Part shown: positions 26,470 to 37,916 of the stretch, one piece after another
Position numbering within the stretch: the stretch's first letter is position 1
Layout of the letters: every line of letters begins with the position of its first letter
Assembly: GCA_965285935.1 (NCBI GenBank)
Contig: OZ260663.1
Coordinates: 55,676,001-55,740,000 of the forward strand
DNA length: 64,000 nucleotides
Direction of reading: 5' to 3'
Source: Ophelia neglecta
Taxonomy: Eukaryota
Position numbers and translations under genes: made by a program
The notes under the pieces: generated by a model
Seen by the model: only the letters and a program-made list of their open reading frames with translations
What the model was told of the DNA's origin: nothing
Databases searched by the model: none

Positions 26470-29400
26470 GGACACTCTCCATCTCCTCGTGGCATTTCTT
26501 AACAGCCATGACACTTTAAACAGGACTGCCCATTTAGATAAGGACAATTCAATATGATTTAAAGTGACTGGAGCACCCAGTGACATGGGAGACACTAAAT
26601 GGGATGTGCAGGATTTTCCAGACCAGCTGTATCTAAACCTCTGACTGTATATATGACTGGTCTTTAAGAAGCTTCTGTCTATTTACTACTTAATTATATT
26701 GAAAAGCAGAGACTGGGAAAATATATGAAATGGCTAGTTGCATGTACAACTAGCCCTAGAATGTTCAGCTGGTGTGTTTTACCATAACCAGGATGATATG
26801 GCATGCCTAAATATATATAAACAACTGAAACTACGAATATGGAAGACTACACAGACAGAATACATAAATCTGTTGTAACAGGAGGATGCCATTAGAAGTT
26901 CTGTGAACTTACAGCAGGAAAGAGATCACATCAGCTTGATGTCTCAAAACAGTAGACTTGAAAACAATTCAAGTATGGTAAAGTCAAACATATTGGTGAT
27001 ATAAAGAAGTATGATTTTATGTTGTGACAATTATTATAGATATAATATATATATATATATATATACATACATCCTTGTATTTATTTCTACACATATTTAT
27101 AGTATAATCAGATATTTATCTCAGAAATATATATTTAAATGACATATGGGCAAGAAAACATTGGGGTTCTATGGTTTTTATATTCAAGAAATTACTTTTA
27201 TATGTGTATTTACAAGTGAAGTAATTGATAATTTATTTTAAAACTTTAGTTCAAGTACATATAAGTATCAAAAAGAGACTGGAAAAGTGGCATTTTTTAC
27301 TAGACAAAATGTCACCATTCCATTCTGGATCCCAATATTTTGATTCTGTTTCGGTTATTGCCTGACATTTAATCACTCTTCGATCATAACTGAATGTTCA
27401 GTGGTAGTTGCAGGTTAACTTATTTTTGTTGCAAAAAGTGGGATTTTCCAAATGACCCAATGACTGTAAAACTGCCCATATGCTGGATTACAATGTAACC
27501 AATACTTAATGTTTGGTGTTTCTAGGTATCCATTCCCCTTCTCACTTTATATCTGCCACCAGTTAGAAGCTTCCAAATTTCCAAGCTTATAATATGAGTC
27601 CCCTACATAATTGTGACTTATACTTTTGGGTATATTTGCTGTGATGTGCATATATAGAAATGGTGTGAAATTTTTTTATTACAAGTAAACTGTGAGAAGA
27701 TACATGTACACTTACCGGTAAATATTATGTACATTAAACTAAGTAAGTATTTAAGAGAACCATTATAAGCTTTAGCAAAATACTTCCATGTACTTTATAA
27801 GAATGGCAATTTATGTGTAGAAAACTAGTTGGCTATCCTATTACTAAAACTAATATTTTTTACAAAGTATCATTTTTTACAAAAACTGTTAACAGATTGA
27901 GATAAGTACACAGTATTGACCTTTATCACTGGTGATATATTTATTTATCAATACCTGTGCAATCAAGTGAAAGTAAACTTTGGTAATATCCTTTAAATAG
28001 TGCCATGCAGGATGTGTGGTGGTTGTCAAATGCTATGTTGTGTGTTGCTAAAAAGATATGTATGATTTATGAGGAGAGAAAAAAGTGAGGCAAGAAGCCC
28101 ACTCTCGCCACTCCCAACTCTCCTCAGGTGCACAATTTACAATTTTTATGCTTTTATCACATTTTCTTCCCAGTGAAATAAGTGAAACAGTGAGTATCTT
28201 TGATGCAGATTATTGTTTTTAGGTGTTATTTAAACATACCAGGTTACAGATCCTAGCTGAACAGTCCAGAAATTTTGTTGTGTGTGTTTAAATAGAAAGA
28301 GATGGTAATGGAGTTATATTTGGTACAGATATATAATGTATACTGTATATTGAGAAAAAATGACTGAGTTGTATATATAAAGGTTTTCAATTCACTCAAG
28401 TGAATGTATTAATTAATAATTCTATGTGATAGATTATTGACAATACAAAAGTATTTTGCTTATTGATAAAAGTGCTTTTAATTTGTTCTTACCTTGTATT
28501 AGCCATCTCAGATTATCAGCTACCTCCCATTTTAGAGAGCACACACAAAATTATTCCAAATATCACTAATAGAATTCCTAGGTAGGATTCTGTAAACAGA
28601 AAATTCAAGTTATTAATTAAATAATTAAAAGGCAATGTAACAATTTCCCCCCACCTAGCAGGTTCCTCAGCTTGCCATTTTGATCAAATGTGGGCTCCTT
28701 TATTAAAATTTGTAAGTTAATTAAGAGGCCGGCAGTATATATATATAATGCCTACCAATATATCTTCTGAATCAACACAACAGCCAATTTGGTGTTCTAC
28801 CTAAAACGACATGCATTTAGTGGGAAAGTTGTTGTTTTTGCCAATTCTCAAACGATTGTCAGGGCAAACAAGTCTACATATCTTTAGACTCGAAAATATT
28901 CAACCAACATGAATCATTTTGCTTTAGACCATAAGTGTCAATAATTAACCATATGAACCACATATAAACATGTATATATATATTCTGTAATTAAGCTGTG
29001 TAGTTTCCTAAATTACCATCTAGACCAGAATGACACATTTTAATAAGGGTGATTCATGTGCCTGGAAATTGTTGGTATATTCTTTGTTTGCAAGTCCAAA
29101 AGGATTTCCATGGCAATCAATTCACAAGTAGGATAACAAATCTTGTGATCCCCAATGCTCCAAATTTATTTGATCAAATTGGCCCAATCATATGGCATGT
29201 GGCCTAGGCCTTTAACCTTCATCAGGTGGCACAAAAGTTACATGGAAGTATGGCATCACAACATGAAAATGCTGTGAATGTTATTGTGCTTACAACTACT
29301 GTGGGTAGGGAGCTAGGCCATAAGAAAATCCCTCATAAACATGCCTATTTGTATATGTATAATGGCATATGTTCTTACATTGTCCTGCTAAACTTTCAAA

Positions 29401-30342
29401 TAATTGTAGCTTCTCAATTCTTTGAAAGTCAAACACACACATTTTTTGGTCTGTGTCATTTGGCAGAGTATGCATCTAAACATCTTGTTATACCAATGTA
29501 AGTACTGTAGTTGGAAGATGTATTTTTTTCACATAACTGTACCTTTATTTCCAAACTGCTCGCCCAGCAACTTTCCTGAGAGACCAGTCATTATAAACGT
29601 CAAGGAGTTGGTTATAGGCACTGCCAGGGAAAGGTCTGGATACAAAACAATATATATGCTGGTATTACTCTTAAATATCACTTGGATTTTTTTTTCTTCA
29701 CATAATAAATGAGTTATTAGAACTGTAACATTATTTTTAAAAGCAAACCCATAAGATTGACACACTCACACACATACACATACAATGTATAATCAAAATG
29801 CTGACAGAAAAAATATCTGAAACAGTCATACCTGCAGATGCCAGAGTCAGATAAAATACCACAGACCCACTCTGATTCAATAAGAAAGGCACTAAATACT
29901 GAAAAAAAAAAGAAAATCATCCAGCTGCCCCATTGACAAACAAATCTATGATTCTGTAGATATGTTCATGACCCAGTGAATGTTCAGCTATTAATGTTTA
30001 TAACAGTTACATCACTTATATTACCCAGTATGTATATATGTAAATAAAATACGCAACTATTAAAAATCTTCAACAAATGAAATTATCTGCTATAATAGTG
30101 TAAGTCATTTATTTTATTCATACCTTCCAGTTAAAGAGAAGAAACTTTAACTCTGCAAAGAACTGTGAGATCCTGTTTTTCTTTTGAATATTCTCTATGC
30201 CTTGGCCACCTTTCTTGATGAATGGGTTTGTTCCACCCCATAATGCTGCCACCAATAGCAGCCCAACAATATCACCTTTTAATATAAGCATACAATATAG
30301 TCAAGAATATAAATAGGGGAGATACTTGGCTAAAAGATCAGC

Positions 30343-30490
30343 CATACTACCAGTTACACTGGACCTGTCATACATGCTACCAGTTACATAGGACCTGTCA
30401 TATATATACTACCAGGACATGTCATACATACTACTGATTACACTGGACATGTCATACATACAATCAATTACACTAGACATGTCATACATA
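30343..30490. repeat. Minisatellite, about 5 copies of a 30-bp unit
   Basis: Unit CATACTACCAGTTACACTGGACCTGTCATA with divergent copies and no spacers. Confidence 0.85.
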
Positions 30491-31218
30491 TTGTCAAATA
30501 TTCTTAGTTAAATTAATAATCTTCTATAAACTCTGCTATATTATAACCATGTTGCTCTTTGAGTAGAAAAGCCATTGTCCCGTATTGAGATTGGGCATGG
30601 CTTATCCATGGAAATCCATAAAGTTTCAAAAATAGAAAATCTGTATAGCTGTAGGTCTATAGCCAGCGCCGGTGGCGGTGTAGGACATGGCCCAACATAT
30701 ATCCCCCCACTTATTTTTCAAAACAAAGGGTGAGGGGCAATAATATAACATTTCCTTACTCAGAATGACAGGCTTTCAAAATGTGTGTCAGCATAAGCCT
30801 CTGCATTGCTGACATCCCCCTCCTGCCGACAACCCCCCCCCCCCCCCAATCTGATGGTGTTACTATTTGTAGTTCTTCACCGATTTTGACATAAATTGAC
30901 TAACACATATCAATGCATATCAGTTTATGGATTCTTGTTTACAATAGAGTAGTATGAGTAGGCCTTCACTGCACTGGCAGCTAAAATTACCAGATTATAA
31001 GCCGCAAGCCGCCAAGTGTTCTTGTCATGTTATGCAAGGGAAACTGCTAACAAATGCATTGAAGCTAAATGTCTTTTGCACAAATTTTGAATACTGACAC
31101 AACCCATCCACTTAAATGTCTCAGCAGTGTACTTATCTACGCTAGTAGTTAATTAATGCCCTGTTGCACTGTATTGCATTTCATTCTATACTACTACTAT
31201 GTATCTATGTAATGTCTT

Positions 31219-31237
31219 TGGCCTCTAGGGGGCACTA
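31219..31237 (+). promoter_or_regulatory. Candidate CTCF site
   Basis: TGGCCTCTAGGGGGCACTA versus consensus TGGCCACCAGGGGGCGCTA (3 mismatches in 19). Confidence 0.5.
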
Positions 31238-31484
31238 ACGACAATAAACTTAATGGGCTGGAACCGGACAAATGGGGAAGCAACAGCTCAAATATTTACT
31301 CTGACATTTTACAGTCTTACCGAGAGCTGCCATTATAAATGGTTGAACAATTTTCCAACTGCCACCTTCGCCGTTTAGCAATCTATAAACAGTTTTATGG
31401 ACAACTATTTCAAACAACAGAAACAGCAAAAGTGGTACCCTGACGAGGGAGACTCACGCCAGGTGGCCCTTCAACATGAAAACA

Positions 31485-31516
31485 GCGCCTGCGCGTAATT
31501 GAGAGTATCCTTTTCC
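31485..31516 (+). promoter_or_regulatory. EIF3I core promoter: NRF1-like site and TCT/5'TOP initiator
   Basis: GCGCCTGCGC at 31485-31494; TCCTTTTCC at 31508-31516 fits YYC(+1)TTTYY, about 70 nt before the ATG. Confidence 0.5.
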
Positions 31517-31580
31517 GCTATCGAAGCCACACGAGGGGATTTACGTATTTAGGCAAATTGCCTCATTTTAACGCATAAAT

Positions 31581-34500
31581 ATGGTAGGTTATGTGGATTT
31601 TTCGTTGTAAAACCAATAAACGCAGAATGGAACAAACATTGCTTCAAGGCAGATTCCCTCTTTCAACAATACCCTTATCATTTCGTGTCCATATTTTGCC
31701 GGTTCCGTCGTCCACAGTGCATAAATATACACGTCAGGTATACTGGTCCTTGTTTGTGAGCCCAGGTGGTGTGTGTGTGGGGGGGGGGGGGGGTGGTGGG
31801 TGGGTGGGGGGGGTGGTGGTGGTGGAGTGACAACTAGCCCCCCCCCTCCTCCTTAAGGACTCAGAAACGAGTGCCTGTTGACTTATAGACTTGTAGAATG
31901 ATCATGCACTAGCTGTTTAGACATAGAAGGTTTTGTTTGACATTTCACTCTGTAGGTCTACTTGTTAGGCCTATTGATATGCATAATAAAAAACATAGTA
32001 TACTGCCAAATCCTAGTTATCGCACACTGTAAACCGCCACTAAAATTCGAGCTGGTTGGTGTATGACCAGCTGATGACAGCTCTCTCAAATGCAAGTTGT
32101 TGACAGCACTGCTGTCATGTCTGTGTTGTCAGCTCAAGTTTATGACAGATATATATATATACATTAGCCAGGGATAATTCTGCTACGCGGCATTGCGGCA
32201 TTGCCACATTCATTCTAAAAATCCCCCATTCCCCAGCCCATGGGTGTGGGAAAAATGTGCATCGCCTTCTGACGGTAAGACCATGTTAAACGACTGGGCG
32301 AAGTAGCACTCGGGCCTCAAATGTGTCCCGTAGTCCTGAAATGTGTCGATACCAATACCCGAGAATACCCGCCACTGTAAACATGTACACGGCGTGCACA
32401 GAAGAGGATTTCCGGGTTTTTCCCAAGCCGGGTTTTGTTAGCGATCTCTAATGGGACACTACTTCCTTAGTACTACCGCTGCCACCGCTGTTCTCACTTT
32501 GCATATCTGATGTCAGCATTTCTTAAAGTGTGCCACCAAAAATGTGTGATCTTTCAACATTTTATTTATTCCAACAATTTTATTAACAAACGGCATATTG
32601 TAGACCATTAGAAGTTTTATGATTGAAAATGTATCCCCCATTGCCTTGAAAAATGCCCCATTGAAAAAAAAAAGTCAGCATATCTATTAACATAAGACTT
32701 GTGACTTCTAGCTAATGGCATATTCATTCTCATTTACAAGTTGGGTCCTTTGAATCAATTTAACCACCAGGGTTTGTTGTGCTAGCTATCACCTGTCTGT
32801 GAAACCAATGTGTGGTTTGAACACTATGTCTACTAAATAGTTAGACCAATCTACTAAAGTTTATCAATTTATGCATTGGGACTTAGGTCTACTAAAAGTC
32901 AATTAATAAAATGCCCAACTGTTCTCAACCAAAAAGTTAGTTTCAAAGGCTGTATCACATATAAAACTTGATTGTCAGACCTCCCACTTAATGACCAATG
33001 ACTATATTGATGTGTTCCATTTATTAAATGTTTAGCAATATTACTGCTTATAATTTCCTTGGATGACACAAGCCTGTGATTTGACTTAGAAATAGAAAGG
33101 CAGCCATTCCATTTATTACGAAATGTATGTAGAAAGGCAGCCATTCCATGTATTGCGAAATATATTTATTTCCTCAAATGGCATTCTGCCAATAACACCA
33201 AAGCATGCATGCACCATGGACCTGTTCAGATGTATTAAGAAATACCCTGAACAACATTACACAATACCAGCCTTATACATGAATATATGGGAGGAAGATT
33301 GGTTAAGCCATCACATTAATCATGACTTGCTTACCTCAAACAGTGACCACTTGTGTGAACACCTATTTTCCTAGCCACTATAACTATTTTAGTGTGTGGA
33401 AAGCTGCATTGGGATATGTGGTATGATTTGAAATCATCTGTAACAACATTATTATGATAATTTTCTCTCATATTATATCATTTGTTTAGTAATTAACCTT
33501 TGTCTGTTTTGTTCATTTTCAGAAGCCATTAATGTTGCACGGACATGAGCGTTCCATAACGCAGATCAAGTACAATAGGGAAGGGGACTTGCTTTTCTCT
33601 TGTGCAAAAGACAGCCAACCAAATGTGTGGTTCTCACTGAATGGAGAGAGACTGGGCTCTTTTAGAGGACATGGAGGTGCCTGCTGGTGCATTGATGTAG
33701 ATTGTATCCTTTCGGTCAAATATGAGATATTACTCCCAACCACTGTTATAGAAGATAGGATAGCATAAGCTTTATGTTAAAATGTACAATGTGTTCAGTA
33801 TCCAATGATGAATTGTTTTGTTATGCTCATTTTCTTAACTAAAACTCAGGGCAAACATCCAAGGTGATGACTGGCTCAGCTGATAACACTAGTAGAATAT
33901 GGGACTGCCAAACAGGTATAAAAAGGTTTACATGGTGTCATGCCAACTTTCCCAATCAATATTTTATAATAATTTGTTTTAGGAAAGCATGTCAAAATTT
34001 TTCCATTCTCTTTTAGCAGGGTGGGGGCGTATCAGTCTCAGCCCCCCCCCCCCCCCCCTTTCCCCATCTGAACCCTTTCTTGTTTAAATTTAGAATAATA
34101 ATAATGATTTCAGTCGCCCCTCCCCACCCCCTGCCCCCCAATTAAAAAAGATCATAGTTTTGCAAGTTTTATGTGGTAAAGTTGGTTTAGTTTCTTGGAA
34201 ATAATTCAAAAGGCTATTAAACTTACACTAAGATTACTAATAATCATTTTTTGGGTCTCTTTCAATAAAGGGGTACAGCTATATGAGCTTCCCACCAAAT
34301 CTGCGGTCAGGACATGTGGCTTTTCCTTCTGCGGCAACTTAGCTATGCTCAGCACAGACAAAACAATGGGACAAAACTGTGACCTCAATGTGTTTGACTT
34401 GAGGGATTCTTCACAAATGAGTAAGTAAACAAAATAACTGAATGACGAGAACTTCTGTCAATTAGTTGGACATATTTCCAGAGAGCAATTTAGTCTCCAG

Positions 34501-37136
34501 CTCTTTTTTATGAGGTCTGTAGATCTAAATTGATACTTCAGTGAAGCAAATGACGACAGGTCGTAAACTAATTTTAGCCAATGGGCTTGAGAGTTCTTGT
34601 TAAACTCAGGGAAAATATTCTGTGTATATCTCAAAACGCACTGTACTGTAATGTGTCCAGTAGATGAGGTTTTATTGTGTGTATGTATGGATTAGTTTAA
34701 CCTTCTGCTTTCCAATACAAATTAGATGATTGGAAAGAATTATTTGAATCCATAAGGTTGATTCTTTATCATGCCTTTCCTGGTTGAGTGTTAACTGAGA
34801 CAGATTATTCTTTTGTAACAGGGGATAATGAGCCCATGCTGTCCTTACCTGTGCCTAAGCACAAAGTAACGGCTGCTGTTTGGGGTCCACTTGATCAGAC
34901 CATTATATCAGGCCATGAAAATGGAGACATTAATTTGTGGGACATGAAGGTAAGCTTGATTGTGCTTGTTAATTATTATATTCGGCACATAACACTAAAT
35001 TATTTTAAGTATGAGTATTTAAATACAGATGCTTGGATTGCAAGGTTGAATAAATGATTAAGTTGCAACAAAATAAAATAATTGTTTATATTTTTCATTT
35101 TCAGAGCACAGATCTTTTAAATCGGTCCTTGGATCATGCCAAACAGATAAATGACCTACAGCTGTCTAAAGATGGCACAATGCTGATTTCAGCGTCCAAG
35201 GATAACACCGCCAAGCTGTTTGACTCGGGGTCTCTGGATCTCCAGAAGACATACAAGACAGAAAGACCTGTCAACTCAGCTGCCATGTCTCCTTTGATGC
35301 CTCATGTGAGTTTCATCTTCATTACATCTACTTAAAACAGTGGTGCTGATCAAAATTAGGAAGATTACATAGATTCAGGCAAATATAGTCTGCTTCTGGT
35401 ACAGAATCCCACTTGAGATCAAGCAATATAGCAAGGTCAATGATTTAAAAGAAAACCTGTCTTTTAAGGACGGTGTAAATGTTGAGCACATTTTCCCTAT
35501 CCATAAGCATCTTTAAACATATGAGTACAGGGATTTTTTTACCTGTGGGTCCCGCGTCTTTGGCACATGTAAAACGCCAAAAGACGCATTGTGTTATCCG
35601 CAGTGCGTCCCTTAGGAAGCACTGTCTTATTTTCATGAGCGCGCTTGCCGACTATGTTCAACGTAACCATCCTAAATTTAGTGCACAGTTTGCTATTATG
35701 ACTGAAGTAGCGCTCCACACTGCAGACTTGAAATCGTGTCAAGGCCGCATTCAGCCACTGTCACCGCCAGGCGGCAGCTCATTTCAACAGGGCCGCCTGG
35801 GAGACACATGTAATGAGGTCGACTAGTGAGCGAAAATTGGGAAGCGTTCAGTTGCCGAGACACGGATTACGGCTTTATACTCCTGATAGTGAACTTGCCC
35901 CGATGCCTCCAAATAAAAGTCTAATGCTCCTAAAGGGCCAGATACTAATAACTTTAGGCTTCAGTCAATCCAATGAGGTGTGGTACAAACATTTTTTTCA
36001 ACAGGGTATTTAGTAATAAAGGTGTTATTTTACGATATTGTTGCTTTTTATTTTGATGCACTAATAATTGTCCGGGACTCATTGCAAGTCCCCCAGGACT
36101 CTTTGATTCAAATTCAGTGAGTCCCAGGGACTCATTGTACCTGAATTGTAAAAAACTCTCTGTGAGTAAATGAGTACGGAGTTTTATTTGTTTGACATGT
36201 GGGGACATCACCACAGCTTTTTAATGCATCAATGTAAGAAAATGAAATACACTGAGAAAATATTTATGAGAAGTAATTTTCGTGTAGGTTTTAGGTATAC
36301 TTGGAATTTTATTGAAGTAACTCTTGATTCAATATACCTAAGGTGTTTGGTTTAGCTATTAAGGCTTAAGTAATATTGAACTAACTAATATTGGTATGCC
36401 TACTTTTAGTAGTTTAAGTTATGATTAGCAGGAAATAATCCTGTAACAGTGACATTGTTCACAAGGTTTTAAATTCTTGTTTTTTTTTTGCAATAAATCA
36501 CTTGTAAAGACTATGTAATTAGCTTATAAATGCTATCTCTACCAAACATCACAGGTGGTAATGGGAGGTGGACAGGATGCCATGGATGTGACCACCACCT
36601 CCACCAGGATAGGCAAGTTTGATGCCAGATTCTACCACCTGGTCTTCGAGGAGGAGTTTGGCCGTGTGAAAGGACACTTTGGACCCATCAACAGTGTGGC
36701 ATTCCACCCAGATGGAAAATCGTTAGTATAGTTTGTTTAATAAGATATGTGACAGGATGTAAATTTATTTTTAATTTGTACTAAATACAACGTATCGTGG
36801 GATGAGGGAAATACTGTTCCAGTTTAACTTCATATGCTATAGCTGATAGAACAGTATTGTACTGCTCTCTATGTATCCTAGTACCATTATACCTATGTCT
36901 TCTGGTTATATTATTTTTTGGGCTTATATTGGAACAGCATTGGTGTCTTTTTTCTTGTTTTGAAATATTTTCAATGTACATATCATTATTATATATAGTA
37001 GTATTTCTAAGCTAAGATTTGGCTTTAGATTCAGTTTACTGCGTGTGATTTCAGATATTCCAGTGGAGGAGAGGACGGCTATGTGAGAGTTCACCAATTT
37101 GACCCACAGTACTTTGATTTTGACTTTGAGTATTAG
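31581..37136 (+). CDS. EIF3I: Eukaryotic translation initiation factor 3 subunit I (WD40)
   Basis: Exons 31581-31583 (ATG|GTAGGT), 33523-33703, 33850-33915, 34271-34420, 34822-34949, 35105-35305, 36555-36721, 37055-37136. [31 protein letters not shown]...[38 protein letters not shown]. The ATG-only first exon is the least certain part. Confidence 0.97.
33704..33849 (+). other. U12-type (minor spliceosome) GT-AG intron
   Basis: Donor GTATCCTTTC; branch point TTCTTAAC 33832-33839 close to the CAG acceptor; no polypyrimidine tract; splicing restores T|GG (Trp). Confidence 0.93.
35528..36162. mobile_element. Non-autonomous DNA transposon in EIF3I intron
   Basis: Imperfect TIR CAGGGATTTTTTTAC / GTAAAAAACTCTCTG; flanked by TGAGTA at 35522-35527 and 36163-36168; GGGACTC subterminal repeats; CpG-rich interior. 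Confidence 0.7.
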
Positions 37137-37916
37137 GCGCTTGATGCACTGTGATTATATCTACATGGTGAGGAGATAGTGGTTCATCCCCCAATCAGAC
37201 TATTTACTGTACTCGTGTGGCTTCACATCTCAACGGAAAGTGGAAAATGAAGAACATTAATAAAGTTAATATCAGTGTGACCTGCAGGTTGTTTCTGTCA
37301 GGACTAACTTGGAATATAAACTCCTGCATGCACCTTCAGAGGACTCTTTATAGCAATCAAGATCATAATTTCTTTTGGCAAATAAAAATGCCTTAACAAT
37401 GAAATGAATGCTCTTTTTTGTCTTCATTTATTTACATTTTGGTACATCATATTTTCTCATGTCATAATACATGCCTGAACCTTTCCACACTATACTATAC
37501 TTTACATACTCTACACAAATTACCAAACTAACACATACTTTATTATTTACTCTTGTAACATTTAAAACAAACCAGGAATACTAAACTTGAAAACAACTAT
37601 TCAGTTTTTTTTAACTAAATAAGAGAAGAGAGGTGCACTTAAAAATAATGAGAAAGCTTGCATGCAATAGATGGAGGTAGTCTATTTTCTACCGGTGGGA
37701 GGATTGCCTGCAAGCCAAAGGAAAACGTTCAGTATTTAAACTATCATTAAAGCGATGCAAAGGAAATGGAAAAAGTAGAAACTTGTGTTTTGAAAACTTA
37801 TACTAGATTCCATGTGGAAGATTTCCATTATGATATCTAAAAGCGAGGAAGTAGCAAGATTAAAGGGTACTTAATTAAAATACATATACATATATCTAGA
37901 ACATCTTATAAGAAAT

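Noticed and set aside
30343-30490. CRISPR-like array
   Set aside because: Head-to-tail degenerate units with no unique spacers, in a eukaryotic context.
31505-31514. GTATCCTTTT as a second U12 donor
   Set aside because: No matching U12 branch point and acceptor before the ATG; fits a TCT initiator better.
35445-36214. Cluster of 60-115 aa ORFs in EIF3I intron
   Set aside because: They lie in a GC-richer non-autonomous transposon and show no recognisable motifs.
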